A DNA stretch of 64,000 nucleotides from an uncultured Solirubrobacterales bacterium (GTDB lineage: Bacteria > Actinomycetota > Thermoleophilia > Solirubrobacterales > Solirubrobacteraceae): positions 93,266-157,265 of the forward strand of contig CAVWMM010000008.1 in the NCBI GenBank assembly GCA_963756105.1, in the 5' to 3' direction. Made by a program: the position numbers and the translations under genes. Positions within the stretch are counted from its first letter, which is position 1, and every line of letters begins with the position of its first letter. Below, in pieces: positions 47,223-57,372 of the stretch. The notes beneath the pieces were generated by a model. The model did no database searches. It was given only the letters and a program-made list of their open reading frames with translations, and had not been told where the DNA came from.

Positions 47223-47393
47223 CTAGGGCGTCTCGTCATCGTCGCCCACGGGCACTTCCTCGACGGCGTGCACGGAGCACAGAGCGGGCCCGCCGGACTC
47301 GAGCGCCGCCTGGATCTCGGCGGCGGTGAGCTTCGTGCCGCATACCTCGCAGCGATCGCCCGGCTTCTCGATCGTCTTTTCCTCGAGGTCCAT
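47223..47393 (-). CDS. 56-aa CxxC...CxxH putative zinc-binding microprotein (absent from ORF track)
   Basis: Intact ORF MDLEEKTIEKPGDRCEVCGTKLTAAEIQAALESGGPALCSVHAVEEVPVGDDDETP*; -10 TACACT 8 nt upstream; GC3-rich codons. Confidence 0.7.
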   Translation of the reverse strand: MDLEEKTIEKPGDRCEVCGTKLTAAEIQAALESGGPALCSVHAVEEVPVGDDDETP

Positions 47394-47415
47394 CGCCAAT
47401 CAGTGTAAATGTGTT

Positions 47416-47487
47416 GGCCGGGCCACATGTGGCCCGGCCCCGGCCGGAACATGTTCCGGCCGGCCGCCCGGCGCATGCGCCGGGCGG
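47416..47487. repeat. Triple tandem 24-bp palindrome element, copy 2
   Basis: GGCCGGGCCACATGTGGCCCGGCC (47416-47439), CCGGCCGGAACATGTTCCGGCCGG (47440-47463), CCGCCCGGCGCATGCGCCGGGCGG (47464-47487), all perfect. Confidence 0.95.
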
Positions 47488-47488
47488 G

Positions 47489-48094
47489 TTAATATGGAGG
47501 CAGTTCGGCCCACCACTGCCCGAGCACGCGGAAGGCGGCCCAGAAGCTGCGCTTGGCAGGCTCCTCGTCGAGCGCCTCGTCGATGTTGGGCACGTACAGA
47601 GCCTCGATCGACGGCGTGAAGGTCTGGATCTCGCCGGGCTCGGGGTCGAGGCGACGAGCGAGCGGGACCTCGAGCTCGTTGAGGACCGAAAGCGCCTCCT
47701 CGCCCATCACCACGACGATCTTGGGCGCGACGATCGCGAGCTCCTCGAGCAGGCGCGCCACGCACTCGGGATCGGCGAGGGTCGGGTCGGGCACCGGGCA
47801 CTTCACGCACAGGGTCCCGTACACCGCCAGCGGGTCGATCGCGAGGCGCTTGAGCGACTTCATCAGCGCGTTGCCCGTGCGGCCGTAGAAGGCCACGCCC
47901 TCCTCGACCTCGGCTGGGCGGGGGGCGTACTTGAGCAGGAAGATGTCTGCCTGGGGATGACCCGAGCCGAGCACGGGCATGAGCTGGCCGCGCGGGCACT
48001 GCGAGCACGTCTGGAGCTCGCGCGCAAACGCATTGAGCTCCCGGATCGCCCGCTCCAGGTATTTCTCGCGAATCTCGTCGTCGGTCGCCGGCAT
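47489..48094 (-). CDS. Uracil-DNA glycosylase superfamily (family 4-like) protein with divergent motifs
   Basis: CSQC, PVLGSGHPQADI, GVAFYGRTG, CVKC and C...L.EEL.IVAPKIVVVMG motifs. Confidence 0.7.
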   Translation of the reverse strand: MPATDDEIREKYLERAIRELNAFARELQTCSQCPRGQLMPVLGSGHPQADIFLLKYAPRPAEVEEGVAFYGRTGNALMKSLKRLAIDPLAVYGTLCVKCPVPDPTLADPECVARLLEELAIVAPKIVVVMGEEALSVLNELEVPLARRLDPEPGEIQTFTPSIEALYVPNIDEALDEEPAKRSFWAAFRVLGQWWAELPPY

Positions 48095-48138
48095 CCCTCT
48101 CGGATTGGACGGCTCCGAGGCTTGTCCTTGCGCGTGCA

Positions 48139-50048
48139 TCAGGAGTTGCGCTCGGCGACACGGCGCAAACGGCGGTCTCGCGCCGCCTTCCGGGCCGCCG
48201 CGGGCATCGCCTTGGTCTGCCAGAACTTGAGCGCCTGCACGTAAAGGAGGTTCGCGGGGTTGCGGATGATGTCGGCGTCGCGAAGCGAATCGAGGAACTC
48301 GTCGGGCCCGTCGAAGTCCCGCATGCGGATGCGCACCGAGCCGAGCCCCTGGGGCACGTGCGCATCGGATCCGGCGCCCGCCGGGATGCGGTACTTGGCC
48401 GCAAAGCGGACGGCCTCCTCGTTGAACTCGCTGATCGCGACGCGGGGGTTGAACACCTCGATCGCGTCGACCTGGTCGAGCACCGGCAGCAGGTGCTCGT
48501 AGTCGGGAACCGCGTGGAGGCGGTCGAAAGGGTGGGGGACATAGACCAGGCCCCCCTGGCGCTTGATCTCGGCGATCGTCTCCTCGAGCGTGCCCCCGCG
48601 CGGGATCCGCTGCTCGATGAAGAGCCCGATCACCTCGCCCTGGTCGGCGGTCTTGACCTCCTCGCCGACGATCACCTTGACTCCGTGCGCCTTCGAGCGC
48701 GGGCCTCGAGCGCGCCCGAAATCTCGTTGTGGTCGGTGACCGCGATCGCGCCGAAGCCCCCGCTCCTTGGCCTCGGCTAACAGGACCTCGACCGGGCGTG
48801 GCGCAGTCGGGGGAGTGGTCGGTGTGCATGTGCAGGTCGACGTCGATCAGCGGCCGGGAGCGCAGGCTCGGCGCGGCCCGGGCGTCGCGGCCGTCATGGC
48901 GGCGCGAAACGAGCTCCCCATAGATCTCCTCGAGCTCTTCGGCCACGCGCCCCCAGGAGAGCTTCTCGCGCAGGGGTTGCGCGCTGCGCGGCGAGCCCGC
49001 GACGCAGCTCCGGCTCGCTGACCAGGCGGGCGAGCTGGTACCCGAGCGTGACCGCGTCTCCGGGCTCGAACTCGAGGCCGTAGCTGTCGTGCCCGAGCAG
49101 CTCCTCGTAGGCCTCCAGCCGCGAGACGACGGGCACCGCGCCGGCGCCGATCGCTCGCACCAGCGTGCCCGGCGCCACGCGTATGCCCTCGGAGGCCAGG
49201 ACCACCACGTCGGCTCGTGCGAGCGCGTCCGCCTCGGAGAGCTCGCTGGGGTCCCGGAAGCTCACGCGCTCGCGCAGGGGAGCGCTGAGCGTCGCAGGGG
49301 CCGTCAGCGGGGCTGGCGAGAGCACGGTCGCGCGCCAGCCCGCGAGTCCCACGAGCGCGCGCAGCGCGCGCAGGAAGATGCGCGTGGCCGCGCGCTCCTC
49401 GGATCCCGATCAGCAGCAGGTGGACGCCGTCTGTGCGCGCGCGCTCGGCGTCGCAGCGGCACGGCGCCCGGGGTGATGACGCGGTAGTGCGGCCGGGAAG
49501 AACCGTTGCATCAGCTCGGCGGTGGCGCGATAGCTCGCGATGCGCACGTCCAGTCGCGAAAAGAGAAGCCGCGTGAGCGGCCGCGTCAGCTGAGTGGAGA
49601 GGATGCGCTCGGTGGGCAGGTGAAAGCTCCCCACATTGAGCGCGCGGGAGTGGCGCAGTGCGGTGCTCGCGGCGCTCGGCGCGAAGGGCTCGTGAACATG
49701 GACGAGGTCGAGCGTGACCGCGGAGAGCACGCTCTCGAGCGTCCGCGCGACGTCGACGGGCAGCGACGCCGCGCGGCGGCGCGCGAACGAGAACGGCAGA
49801 ACCTCGCCGACGCCGAGCACGAGCGGCTCTCCGCGGGCGCGTTCGAGCAGCTGCTCGGGTTCGGCGCGGATCTCCCTGCGGCTCGCGCGGATCAGGTCGG
49901 GCGAGTGGGAGGGTGCCAGCACGAGCACGCGGTGGCCGCGCGCGGCAAGCTCGCGCGGACAGGTTCGCGCGACGTACTCGTTGACCTCGTTGGACGCCTC
50001 CCACGCGAACGGGGTCACCTGCGCGATCGCGAGGGCCTCTGCCGCCAC
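48139..50048 (-). CDS. GT4 (PimA-like) glycosyltransferase fused to PHP phosphoesterase domain, frameshifted
   Basis: N-terminal IAQVTPF, GHRVLVLAP, LVHVHEP; C-terminal DLHMHT, AVTDHN, GEEV, PHPF, EVFN and GSDAH. Confidence 0.7.
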
Positions 50049-50069
50049 CGCCGGGAGTCTAGAGGCGGC

Positions 50070-51241
50070 CTATTGCGTCCGGGCGGGGCGCTTGGCGCGC
50101 TTGGCCGTGGTCTTGCGCGCGTAGTCGCGGATGAACTTCTCGGTCAGCTCCCGGGCCTCGGCGTCGGGCCGCTGGTTCATCGGCGACTTCATCAGGTAGG
50201 AGCTCGGGCCGTCGAGCTGGCCGGCGACGCCGTTGTTCAGCGCAAGCTTGCAGCAGCGGACCGCGTCGATCACGATCCCCGCGGAGTTGGGGGAATCCCA
50301 AACCTCGAGCTTGAGCTCCATGTTCAAGGGGACGTCGCCGAACGCCTGGCCCTCCACGCGGATGTGGGCCCACTTGCGGTCGGTCAGCCACGGGACGTAG
50401 TCAGAGGGGCCGATGTAGACGTCCTCGACCGGGAGGGTCGTGTCCCATGATCGAGGTCACGGCGTTGGTCTTCGAGATCTTCTTTGACTCGAGCCGCTCG
50501 CGCTCGAGCATGTTGTAGAAGTCCATGTTGCCGCCGACGTTCAGCTGCGAGGTGCGGAGCATCTTGACCCCGCGCTCGTGCAGCAGCCGTGCGAGCGCGC
50601 GGTGGACGATCGTCGCGCCCACCTGGGACTTGATGTCGTCGCCGACGATCGGCAGCCCGGCCTTGCGGAAGCGACCGTCCCAGTAGGGCTCGCGCGCGAT
50701 GAACACGGGGATGCAGTTGACGAACGCGCAGCCCGCGTCGAGCACCTGCTCGACGTACCACTTGGTGGCCTGCTCGGAGCCGACCGGCAGGTAGGAGACG
50801 ACGACGTCGGTCTTGGTCTCCTTGAGGATCTCGACGATGTCGGCGGTCGGCCCGGGGGCCTTGGTGATCTTCTCCTTGAGGTACTTGCCGAGTCCATCGT
50901 GGGTCATGCCGCGGCCGACCTCGATCCCCAGTCGGGCAGCTCGTCGACGAGCGCGATGCGTGTTGTTCTGGCCCGCGAAGATCGCCTTTGACAAGTCCTT
51001 GCCGACCTTGTCGGCGTCGATGTCGAAGGCGGCCGAGAACTCGATGTCGCGCACGTGGTAACCGCCCAGGTCGACGTGCATCAGCCCCGGGACGCTCTGC
51101 GCCGGGATCGGCGTCGCGGTAGTACTGGACGCCCTGCACGAACGAGCTCGCGCAATTGCCGACGCCGATGATCGCCACGCGGACGTCGTCGTCCTGGTGG
51201 CGGCCGGAGCCGTTTGTAGATGCCTCGATGGTCGTGCTCAC
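50070..51241 (-). CDS. ino1: myo-inositol-1-phosphate synthase, frameshifted
   Basis: [44 protein letters not shown] and WDSPNSAG motifs. Confidence 0.93.
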
Positions 51242-51274
51242 GCCTGGAGATCTACTCCCCGCGCAAAGCTTTGG

Positions 51275-51952
51275 TTACACGCCGGGTGAGGTGGCCGTTG
51301 CGCGCCGCAACTGCCGGCGCACGTACCAGATGCGCTGAAGACCGTGAACACCGCAAGCCCGGCCAGCACGTAGACGGCGGGGGCCAGCAGCTCGAAGTGG
51401 CCGAGCGAGGCGCCCTTGGCGAACACCAGGCCGGCCGAGAGGATCACGACGCGGACGGGTCGCGTGGCAAGGCCCACCTTGCACGGGACGCCCAGCGCCT
51501 CCGCCCGCGCCCGCGTGTAGGAGACCATCAGCGAGCCGAGTACGGCCGCCACCACCGCGGCGGCGACGGCGACCTCGTCGTGGCGCGTCGCGAAGTAGGC
51601 CGCGACCGCGATCAGGACGACCCCCTCCTCGATGCGGTCGAGCGTCGAGTCGAGAAACGCGCCGAAGGGCGTGCCCTTGCCGGACATGCGCGAGTAGCGC
51701 CCGTCGAGCGTGTCCATGATCGAGCCGATGATGAACGCGACACCGGCGAGGAAGAAGAAGCGCTCGAAGATCAGGACGGCGGCGGCCACGTTCAGCGCGA
51801 AGCCCGTGAGCGAGATCGCGTTGGGGGTAAGGCGCGACTCGATCAGCCGCTCGCGCATCAGCTCCTGGGTGGTGGGGCCGGTTCGCCGGCTGCCGCCTGC
51901 GGCGCAGGCGCGGTGTCCGGCGGGGCGCCGGCTGCAAGCGCGTTTCGGCCAT
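51275..51952 (-). CDS. pgsA: CDP-alcohol phosphatidyltransferase (PI/PIP synthase-like), frameshifted
   Basis: TPNAIS, DTLDGRYSR...TPFGAFLDSTLDR, SYTRARAE and QRI motifs; directly upstream of ino1. Confidence 0.85.
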   Translation of the reverse strand: MAETRLQPAPRRTPRLRRRRQPANRPHHPGADARAADRVAPYPQRDLAHGLRAERGRRRPDLRALLLPRRCRVHHRLDHGHARRALLAHVRQGHALRRVSRLDARPHRGGGRPDRGRGLLRDAPRRGRRRRRGGGGRTRLADGLLHAGAGGGAGRPVQGGPCHATRPRRDPLGRPGVRQGRLARPLRAAGPRRLRAGRACGVHGLQRIWYVRRQLRRATATSPGV

Positions 51953-51961
51953 GTCGGCGAC

Positions 51962-52742
51962 TTACGCCGGCGCCTCGTCGAGGGTCCACCTGGCGAGCCC
52001 GAAGCGCGGCAGCACGCGCTGGGCGAGCAGCGCCGAGATCCCGGCTGTCAGCGCGCCGAGGAAGACGTCCATGAGGTAGTGGTTGCCGGTGACGATCACG
52101 ACGAAGGTGATGAGCAGAGGGTAGAGCGCCCACAGGACCTTGACGATGCGCCTGCGCGACAAACTTGACCATCGGCCAGCCCAGCATGATCGCGAAGCAG
52201 ACGTGCATCGAGGGCACCGCGGCGTAGAGATTGAGCACCTCGCTCGAGGGCCCCCGCTCGACGGTGATCCCGGTGAACTGCTTGATCGCGTCGGTGAATC
52301 CCCACTCGGGCATCAGCCGCGGCGGCGCGGTCGGGTACAGCCAGTAGCCGACCAGCGCGATCACCATCGCGATGATGAAGGTGTTGCGCAGGAAGTAGAA
52401 GGAGCGGTTGTGGCGCACGTAGATGAACGCCAGGACGCCGATCGTCACGAATAGATGGGCGTTCAGGTAGATCCAGTCGGCGCCGACCATCAGCCAGTGC
52501 TTGCTGAGCGCCCACTCCTGGATAGTCGGCTCGACGAACACGTGCAGCACGCGCTCGACGTCGATGATGCGCATGGCGTCGCCGAAGGGCCTGTAGCCGG
52601 GGTCGTAGGCGCCGCCATGGACCACCAGCCGCACGATGCTGTAGAGGAAGTAGGCACCGAGGAAAAGCGCCAGCTGGCGGATCAGGTCCATCCATCCGCG
52701 CGGCAGTACTCGCGCGTCGATCCACCGCAGTGCTCGCCGCAT
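51962..52742 (-). CDS. PAP2-superfamily (AUR1/IPC-synthase-like, PAP2_3) membrane protein, frameshift near 52160
   Basis: PTAPPR, YAAVPSMHV and TGNHYLMD motifs. Confidence 0.8.
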
Positions 52743-52804
52743 CGCTGACGCATCGTACCTGTGCGACTTGCGCCGGGGGCCTAGGGCGGCTTTCGAAGGG
52801 GTGC

Positions 52805-54520
52805 TCATGTGCATCGCGGCGAGGTCGCGCCGATGCGCCAGAGCGAAAAATCGATGCCCACGCGCAACCGCCCGGGCCGGTGGACCACGACGCGCGTGAA
52901 CTGCCCGGCCGGTTCGACGCACCCGGATCCTCTGGTCAGCGCCCAGTAGGGGGTGAAGTGAATGTGCAGGTAGACGTCGCCCACGCGGCGCGCGCGCAGC
53001 GTCATCCAGTCGGGACCGAGTGCCGTCAGCGTCGCCGCGCCCTGGGCGATCGGGGTCGGGTCCTGCACCGCGTACACGCGCCAGTGAGCGCTGCGCATGA
53101 CGGGCCGCAGATAGCTGAGCCCGCCGTCGATCAGGCGCGCCTCGGCGCGTCCGGCGTAGTCGAGCGGAGCGCTCGCGACCGCCACGAAGCGGACCGAGTT
53201 GGTGTGCAGCCAGCGCTCGTACCGTGCCGCCGTCAGCCGCCCCGAGTAGAAGAGCGGGTTGTCCTTGACGTCGAGCTGGCGCTCCCAGCCGCGGGCAATC
53301 GGAAAGTGGGTGGCGACGGCGTATGCCTCCCGGTGGAAGCTCGTGAAGGGGATCTCCACGCGAAACGGCGGGCCGCCCTGCCTCTCCAGGAAGCTCAGCA
53401 GGGGCTTGTAGTAGCCGGGGGAGTTGGAGGGGTCGGAGCTCGCGGTCGTGAGGTCCCTGACCGGGTCGTGCCACTGCAGATAAAGCAGTGGCAGCGCGGC
53501 GACCGCCAGCAGAGCAACCCGGCGCCGCCACCACAAGAGCGCCGCCAGCGGCGCCGCCAGCCACGTCCCCAGGCGACCGGCGTTGCTCCCTACCGCCGTG
53601 GGCACCAAGTAGCACGCGATGGTCCCCAGCGTGTACAGGGCCACCCCGGCGCTCAGGACGGGGCGCTTCCGTCCGATCGCGAGCAGGGCGCCGACCCCCA
53701 GGATCGGAATTGGGATAAACGCGCTAAAGACGAAAGGCTCTGTGCCGCCCTCGGGGAACGCGATCGCGAGGGCGGCGACGGGCCCGAGCGCGGCGATCGC
53801 GACGGCGAGCCCCGGGAGCGCCGCGCGGATCTCGCGCCGGGGCCACCAACTTCCGAGCGCGTAGGCGCCGCCGGCGAGGGCGACGAACAGCGCCGCCACG
53901 GGGCTGGACAGGGCGCTGATGACCGCCAGCAGGCACGCCAGCCACGTACGGCGCCGGTCGAGCGCCACGACCGCCGCCATGCCGGGCAGCGCGCCGAAGG
54001 CGAACGCGAGCCTGCCGGTGAAGAGGTTGACGGCGGTGGCGGCGGCGAACACGGTCGCCCCAACCCAGGCGTCCTCGCCGAAATGCCGCCGCGCCAGCGG
54101 CTCGAAGAGAGCCGCGGTCCCGGTCGCCGCCAGCGCGGCCGCGAGCTGCGGCGTCAGCGCTGCCGAGGCCGCCGGGTACAGCAGGCTGTAGCTGACGATG
54201 TGGTGGCCGTCGTACCAGTAGTTGTTCCAGATCCCGAACGGCTCACGCGTGAAGAGCCAGGCGCGGAAGAGGTGGGCGGCGAGGTCGAGACTCGGGGGCG
54301 AGACGATGACGTAGATCGCGGAGAGCACCGCGGCAGTCGTGACCGGGAGCAGGCGTAGGGCGGTCTCCCGGCTCGGGCCGGTGACCAGCGGGCCGCGGCG
54401 CGACCCGCCGGGCCCCGGACCGGGAAAAACTCTTTCCCCAGAGTGCCGGCGCAGGCGCGGGGTGTGGGGACTCTGCGTCGCCTCGGACGGCGGTCGCTCT
54501 CCCGTTCGTGGCCCGCTCAT
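52805..54520 (-). CDS. Polytopic membrane protein, GT-C-fold-like
   Basis: First-loop DLAAHLFRA...WNNYWYDGHH..YS; about 11 TMs; extracytoplasmic C-terminal domain with RGWERQLD. Confidence 0.6.
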   Translation of the reverse strand: MSGPRTGERPPSEATQSPHTPRLRRHSGERVFPGPGPGGSRRGPLVTGPSRETALRLLPVTTAAVLSAIYVIVSPPSLDLAAHLFRAWLFTREPFGIWNNYWYDGHHIVSYSLLYPAASAALTPQLAAALAATGTAALFEPLARRHFGEDAWVGATVFAAATAVNLFTGRLAFAFGALPGMAAVVALDRRRTWLACLLAVISALSSPVAALFVALAGGAYALGSWWPRREIRAALPGLAVAIAALGPVAALAIAFPEGGTEPFVFSAFIPIPILGVGALLAIGRKRPVLSAGVALYTLGTIACYLVPTAVGSNAGRLGTWLAAPLAALLWWRRRVALLAVAALPLLYLQWHDPVRDLTTASSDPSNSPGYYKPLLSFLERQGGPPFRVEIPFTSFHREAYAVATHFPIARGWERQLDVKDNPLFYSGRLTAARYERWLHTNSVRFVAVASAPLDYAGRAEARLIDGGLSYLRPVMRSAHWRVYAVQDPTPIAQGAATLTALGPDWMTLRARRVGDVYLHIHFTPYWALTRGSGCVEPAGQFTRVVVHRPGRLRVGIDFSLWRIGATSPRCT

Positions 54521-55329
54521 CGCTCGCTCACGAACTCCGCGATCCTGTCGGTGAGCTCGGGCCGCTCGAGCCAGGGCCAGTGGCCGGCGTTCTCGATCGG
54601 CCACACCTCGGCGTGCGCGAGCCGCTCGCGATAGCGCTCAGCGAACTCGGACTCAAACCACGGGTCGCGGTCACCCCAGATGACCAGGACGGGCATCGTG
54701 AGCGTCTCGAGCCGGGCTCCCGCCTGGGCCAGCTGCGCCTCGGAGGCCGAGCGGTGCAGGCGCAGCAGGGCGCGCTGAGTCCCCTGGTCGAACTGGACCC
54801 AGATCGAGTTGGCGCGCGCGTCCGAGAGCAGTTGTGGGTCGGCATAGCCGCGGCGAAGGATTCGTTTGAAAACAGAGCGCGTCGTTGCCCCTATGGCCAT
54901 TTCGCCCAGACCGGGCCTGCGCAATGTGCGCGCGAGCTTGTGCCACCTGAATCCGTCGAGCAACGGCAGCGCGTCTATCACCACGAGCTTTTGCACCCGC
55001 TCGGGCTCCCGCTGGGCGAAGACGAGTGCTCCTGCGGCCCCCCAATCGTGGGCGACCAGGGTGACCGTTGGAATCTCGAGGCGATCGAGAAACAGCTCGA
55101 TGAAGTTGGCCATCCCGGAGAGCGAGTAGTCGAGGTTGGCGGCTTTTCCGGAGCGTCCGAAGCCGACCAGGTCCGGGGCGATCCCGCCCGTGACCTGGAG
55201 CAACGGGATCCAGTCGTCCGAGCTCGTCGGACAGCCGTGTACGTAGAGGAGTGGCGCAAGCGGGGCCTCGACACTGCGGTAGAAGACGGGCGCACCGGCG
55301 AGTTCGATGGTGTGCTCGGCGACCTGCAC
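54517..55329 (-). CDS. Alpha/beta hydrolase (epoxide hydrolase/haloalkane dehalogenase-like)
   Basis: HGCP, DLVGFGRS, AHDWG, WGDRD and AGHW motifs. Confidence 0.85.
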   Translation of the reverse strand: MQVAEHTIELAGAPVFYRSVEAPLAPLLYVHGCPTSSDDWIPLLQVTGGIAPDLVGFGRSGKAANLDYSLSGMANFIELFLDRLEIPTVTLVAHDWGAAGALVFAQREPERVQKLVVIDALPLLDGFRWHKLARTLRRPGLGEMAIGATTRSVFKRILRRGYADPQLLSDARANSIWVQFDQGTQRALLRLHRSASEAQLAQAGARLETLTMPVLVIWGDRDPWFESEFAERYRERLAHAEVWPIENAGHWPWLERPELTDRIAEFVSER

Positions 55330-55346
55330 CCGCCAGCGAGGATAAC

Positions 55347-56060
55347 GTGCGGTCGGTGAGCGCTACTGCGACTAGGCGCGCCGACTGGCGCAGACCCACG
55401 GCCCGCCGGGTGCGCGCGATCAGGGACCGGCTGCGGCTCGTCTACGGGATACCGGCGGCCAAGCCGCACCGGCAGCCGCTGGCCGAGCTGATCCTGACGG
55501 TGCTCTCGCAGTCGACCAACGACCGCAACCGCGACGTCGCCTACCTGGCGCTGCGAGATCGATTCGATAGCTGGGAGGCCGTCCGTGACGCCCCGGTGGA
55601 CGAGATCGAGGAGGCCATCCGCCCCGGCGGCATCTCGAGGATCAAGTCGGCCCGCATCAAGGCGATCCTGCGGGCGATCACCGACCGCAGCGAAGACGGC
55701 CGGATGACCCTCGATTGGCTCGCCGAGGTGCCGGTGCCCGAGGCCCAGCACTACCTAATCGAGCTGCCGGGCGTAGGACGCAAGACCGCCGCCTGCGTGC
55801 TGCTCTTCGCGCTCGGCATGCGCGACGTTCCGGTTGACACGCACGTCGCGCGCGTCGGAACGCGGCTGGAACTGTTCCGCGCGGGCGCCGGGTTCGACGA
55901 GCTTCACGACACGATGCTCGAGATCACGCCCCCGGGCGAGGAACTCGAGCTGCATCTGAATCTGCTGCGCCACGGTCGCCGTACCTGCTACGCCCGGCGG
56001 CCGGACTGCGCTCATTGCGCGCTTCAACGAACCTGCCCCAGCGCGTACATTTTTCGATAA
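55347..56060 (+). CDS. nth: Endonuclease III (HhH-GPD, 4Fe-4S) family glycosylase
   Basis: TVLSQST, LPGVGRKTA, PVDTHV and CYARRPDCAHCALQRTC motifs. Confidence 0.85.
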   Translation: MRSVSATATRRADWRRPTARRVRAIRDRLRLVYGIPAAKPHRQPLAELILTVLSQSTNDRNRDVAYLALRDRFDSWEAVRDAPVDEIEEAIRPGGISRIKSARIKAILRAITDRSEDGRMTLDWLAEVPVPEAQHYLIELPGVGRKTAACVLLFALGMRDVPVDTHVARVGTRLELFRAGAGFDELHDTMLEITPPGEELELHLNLLRHGRRTCYARRPDCAHCALQRTCPSAYIFR

Positions 56061-56070
56061 CTTCCGATCA

Positions 56071-57331
56071 ATGCCGACGGGTGGGGATCACCCTGCTACG
56101 CGCGTCGGGCGCCTCTGTGCGGGCCTGGTCGCTCTCGCATTGCTCGTTTCCGGTGGCGCCGCGCTCGCCCAAACCAGCCGGCCTCGCGCCACAGACGGGA
56201 CGCGGGATCCCGTATCGACGCGCAGGCAACCGAAGCCTTCGATCTTCGGGATCGACACCACCACGCACGACACCAAGAAGGGCGACTTCTTCAACGACCT
56301 TCCGGCCGCCCACAGGTTGGGAGCGCGGTGGATCAGGTGGACGCTGGGTCCAGCCAGCGCCACCGGCAACTACCAAGCCGCGGGGTACCTGGTAGGCCAG
56401 GCGCGCGAGCGGGGCATGGGGATAGTCCTCAGCTTGGCTGGGATCGCCAGCGCATGCTCGGAGAGACCGGCGCCCGGCAATGTGGAGGACTGTCCGCCGA
56501 CGACGTCGAGGGACCGGCGACGGTACGAGGCGTACGTGCGCAGGGTGGTCCTGCACTTCCGCAGGCAGGTCACCTACTACGAGAGCTGGAGACAGCCCAA
56601 CCTCAAGGGCGAATGGGCTCCGCGTCCCAACGCGGCCGCGTATGCGGCCCTCCTCCGAGCGGATTACGCGACCTTCCGGTCGGTCAATCGCAGCCACCAT
56701 CTGCACCTCAAGCTGCTGTTCGGCTCGCCGATGGCGTTCGGGCTCCTGCCGCAGAAGCACGGCTCGATCGCCGTGCTCCCGTACACCCACCGGGTGCTCG
56801 ACGACCTCCACGGCGCAAAGCCGTTCTACGGGGCGGCGCTCCACGCCTACCGCTTCCCGCCGGGGCGGGATGGACCGTCGTACCGCGGCGACCGACCAGG
56901 TGGGCGGCATTCCCGTTCCGCGGGGGGCTCACGGGCCGTTTCCGCACCAGGGCTGCAACTCGACTCCGTCGTGCCACATGACCTGGCCGCAGGAGCTATC
57001 CGCGTACGAGCAGGAGTTCCGCAACCATGGCTATGGGGAGGTGCCGCTGTGGCTGACGGAGTTCGGCTGGCCGGGCAACCGGGTCGGCCACGGCCCCTAC
57101 TTCCCGAGCGCGCAGACCCAGGCGAATTACCTGAGGCAGGCGTACGCAGACCTGCTGCGGCTGCCGTTCGTCCAGGGCGCTCTTTGGTTCAACTTGCGCG
57201 ACTACCAGCCGGGCTCAAGGACGTCCGACGCCAGTTACTTCTACCACTACGGGCTGCTTTATTACGACTACAAGCATAAGCCCGCAGCGGGGGCCTTCGC
57301 CGCGCTGGCCAAGGCGCACCCGGGGCGTTAG
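56071..57331 (+). CDS. Secreted clan GH-A glycoside hydrolase-like protein (GH5/GH39-like), frameshift near 56890
   Basis: Signal peptide; LGARWIR, ALHAY, WLTEFGW, QANYL, YGL and KPA motifs. Confidence 0.7.
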
Positions 57332-57372
57332 CCCCGGCCCATCCCGGGGGGTAGCGAGCCTCGGGGCGCGGC

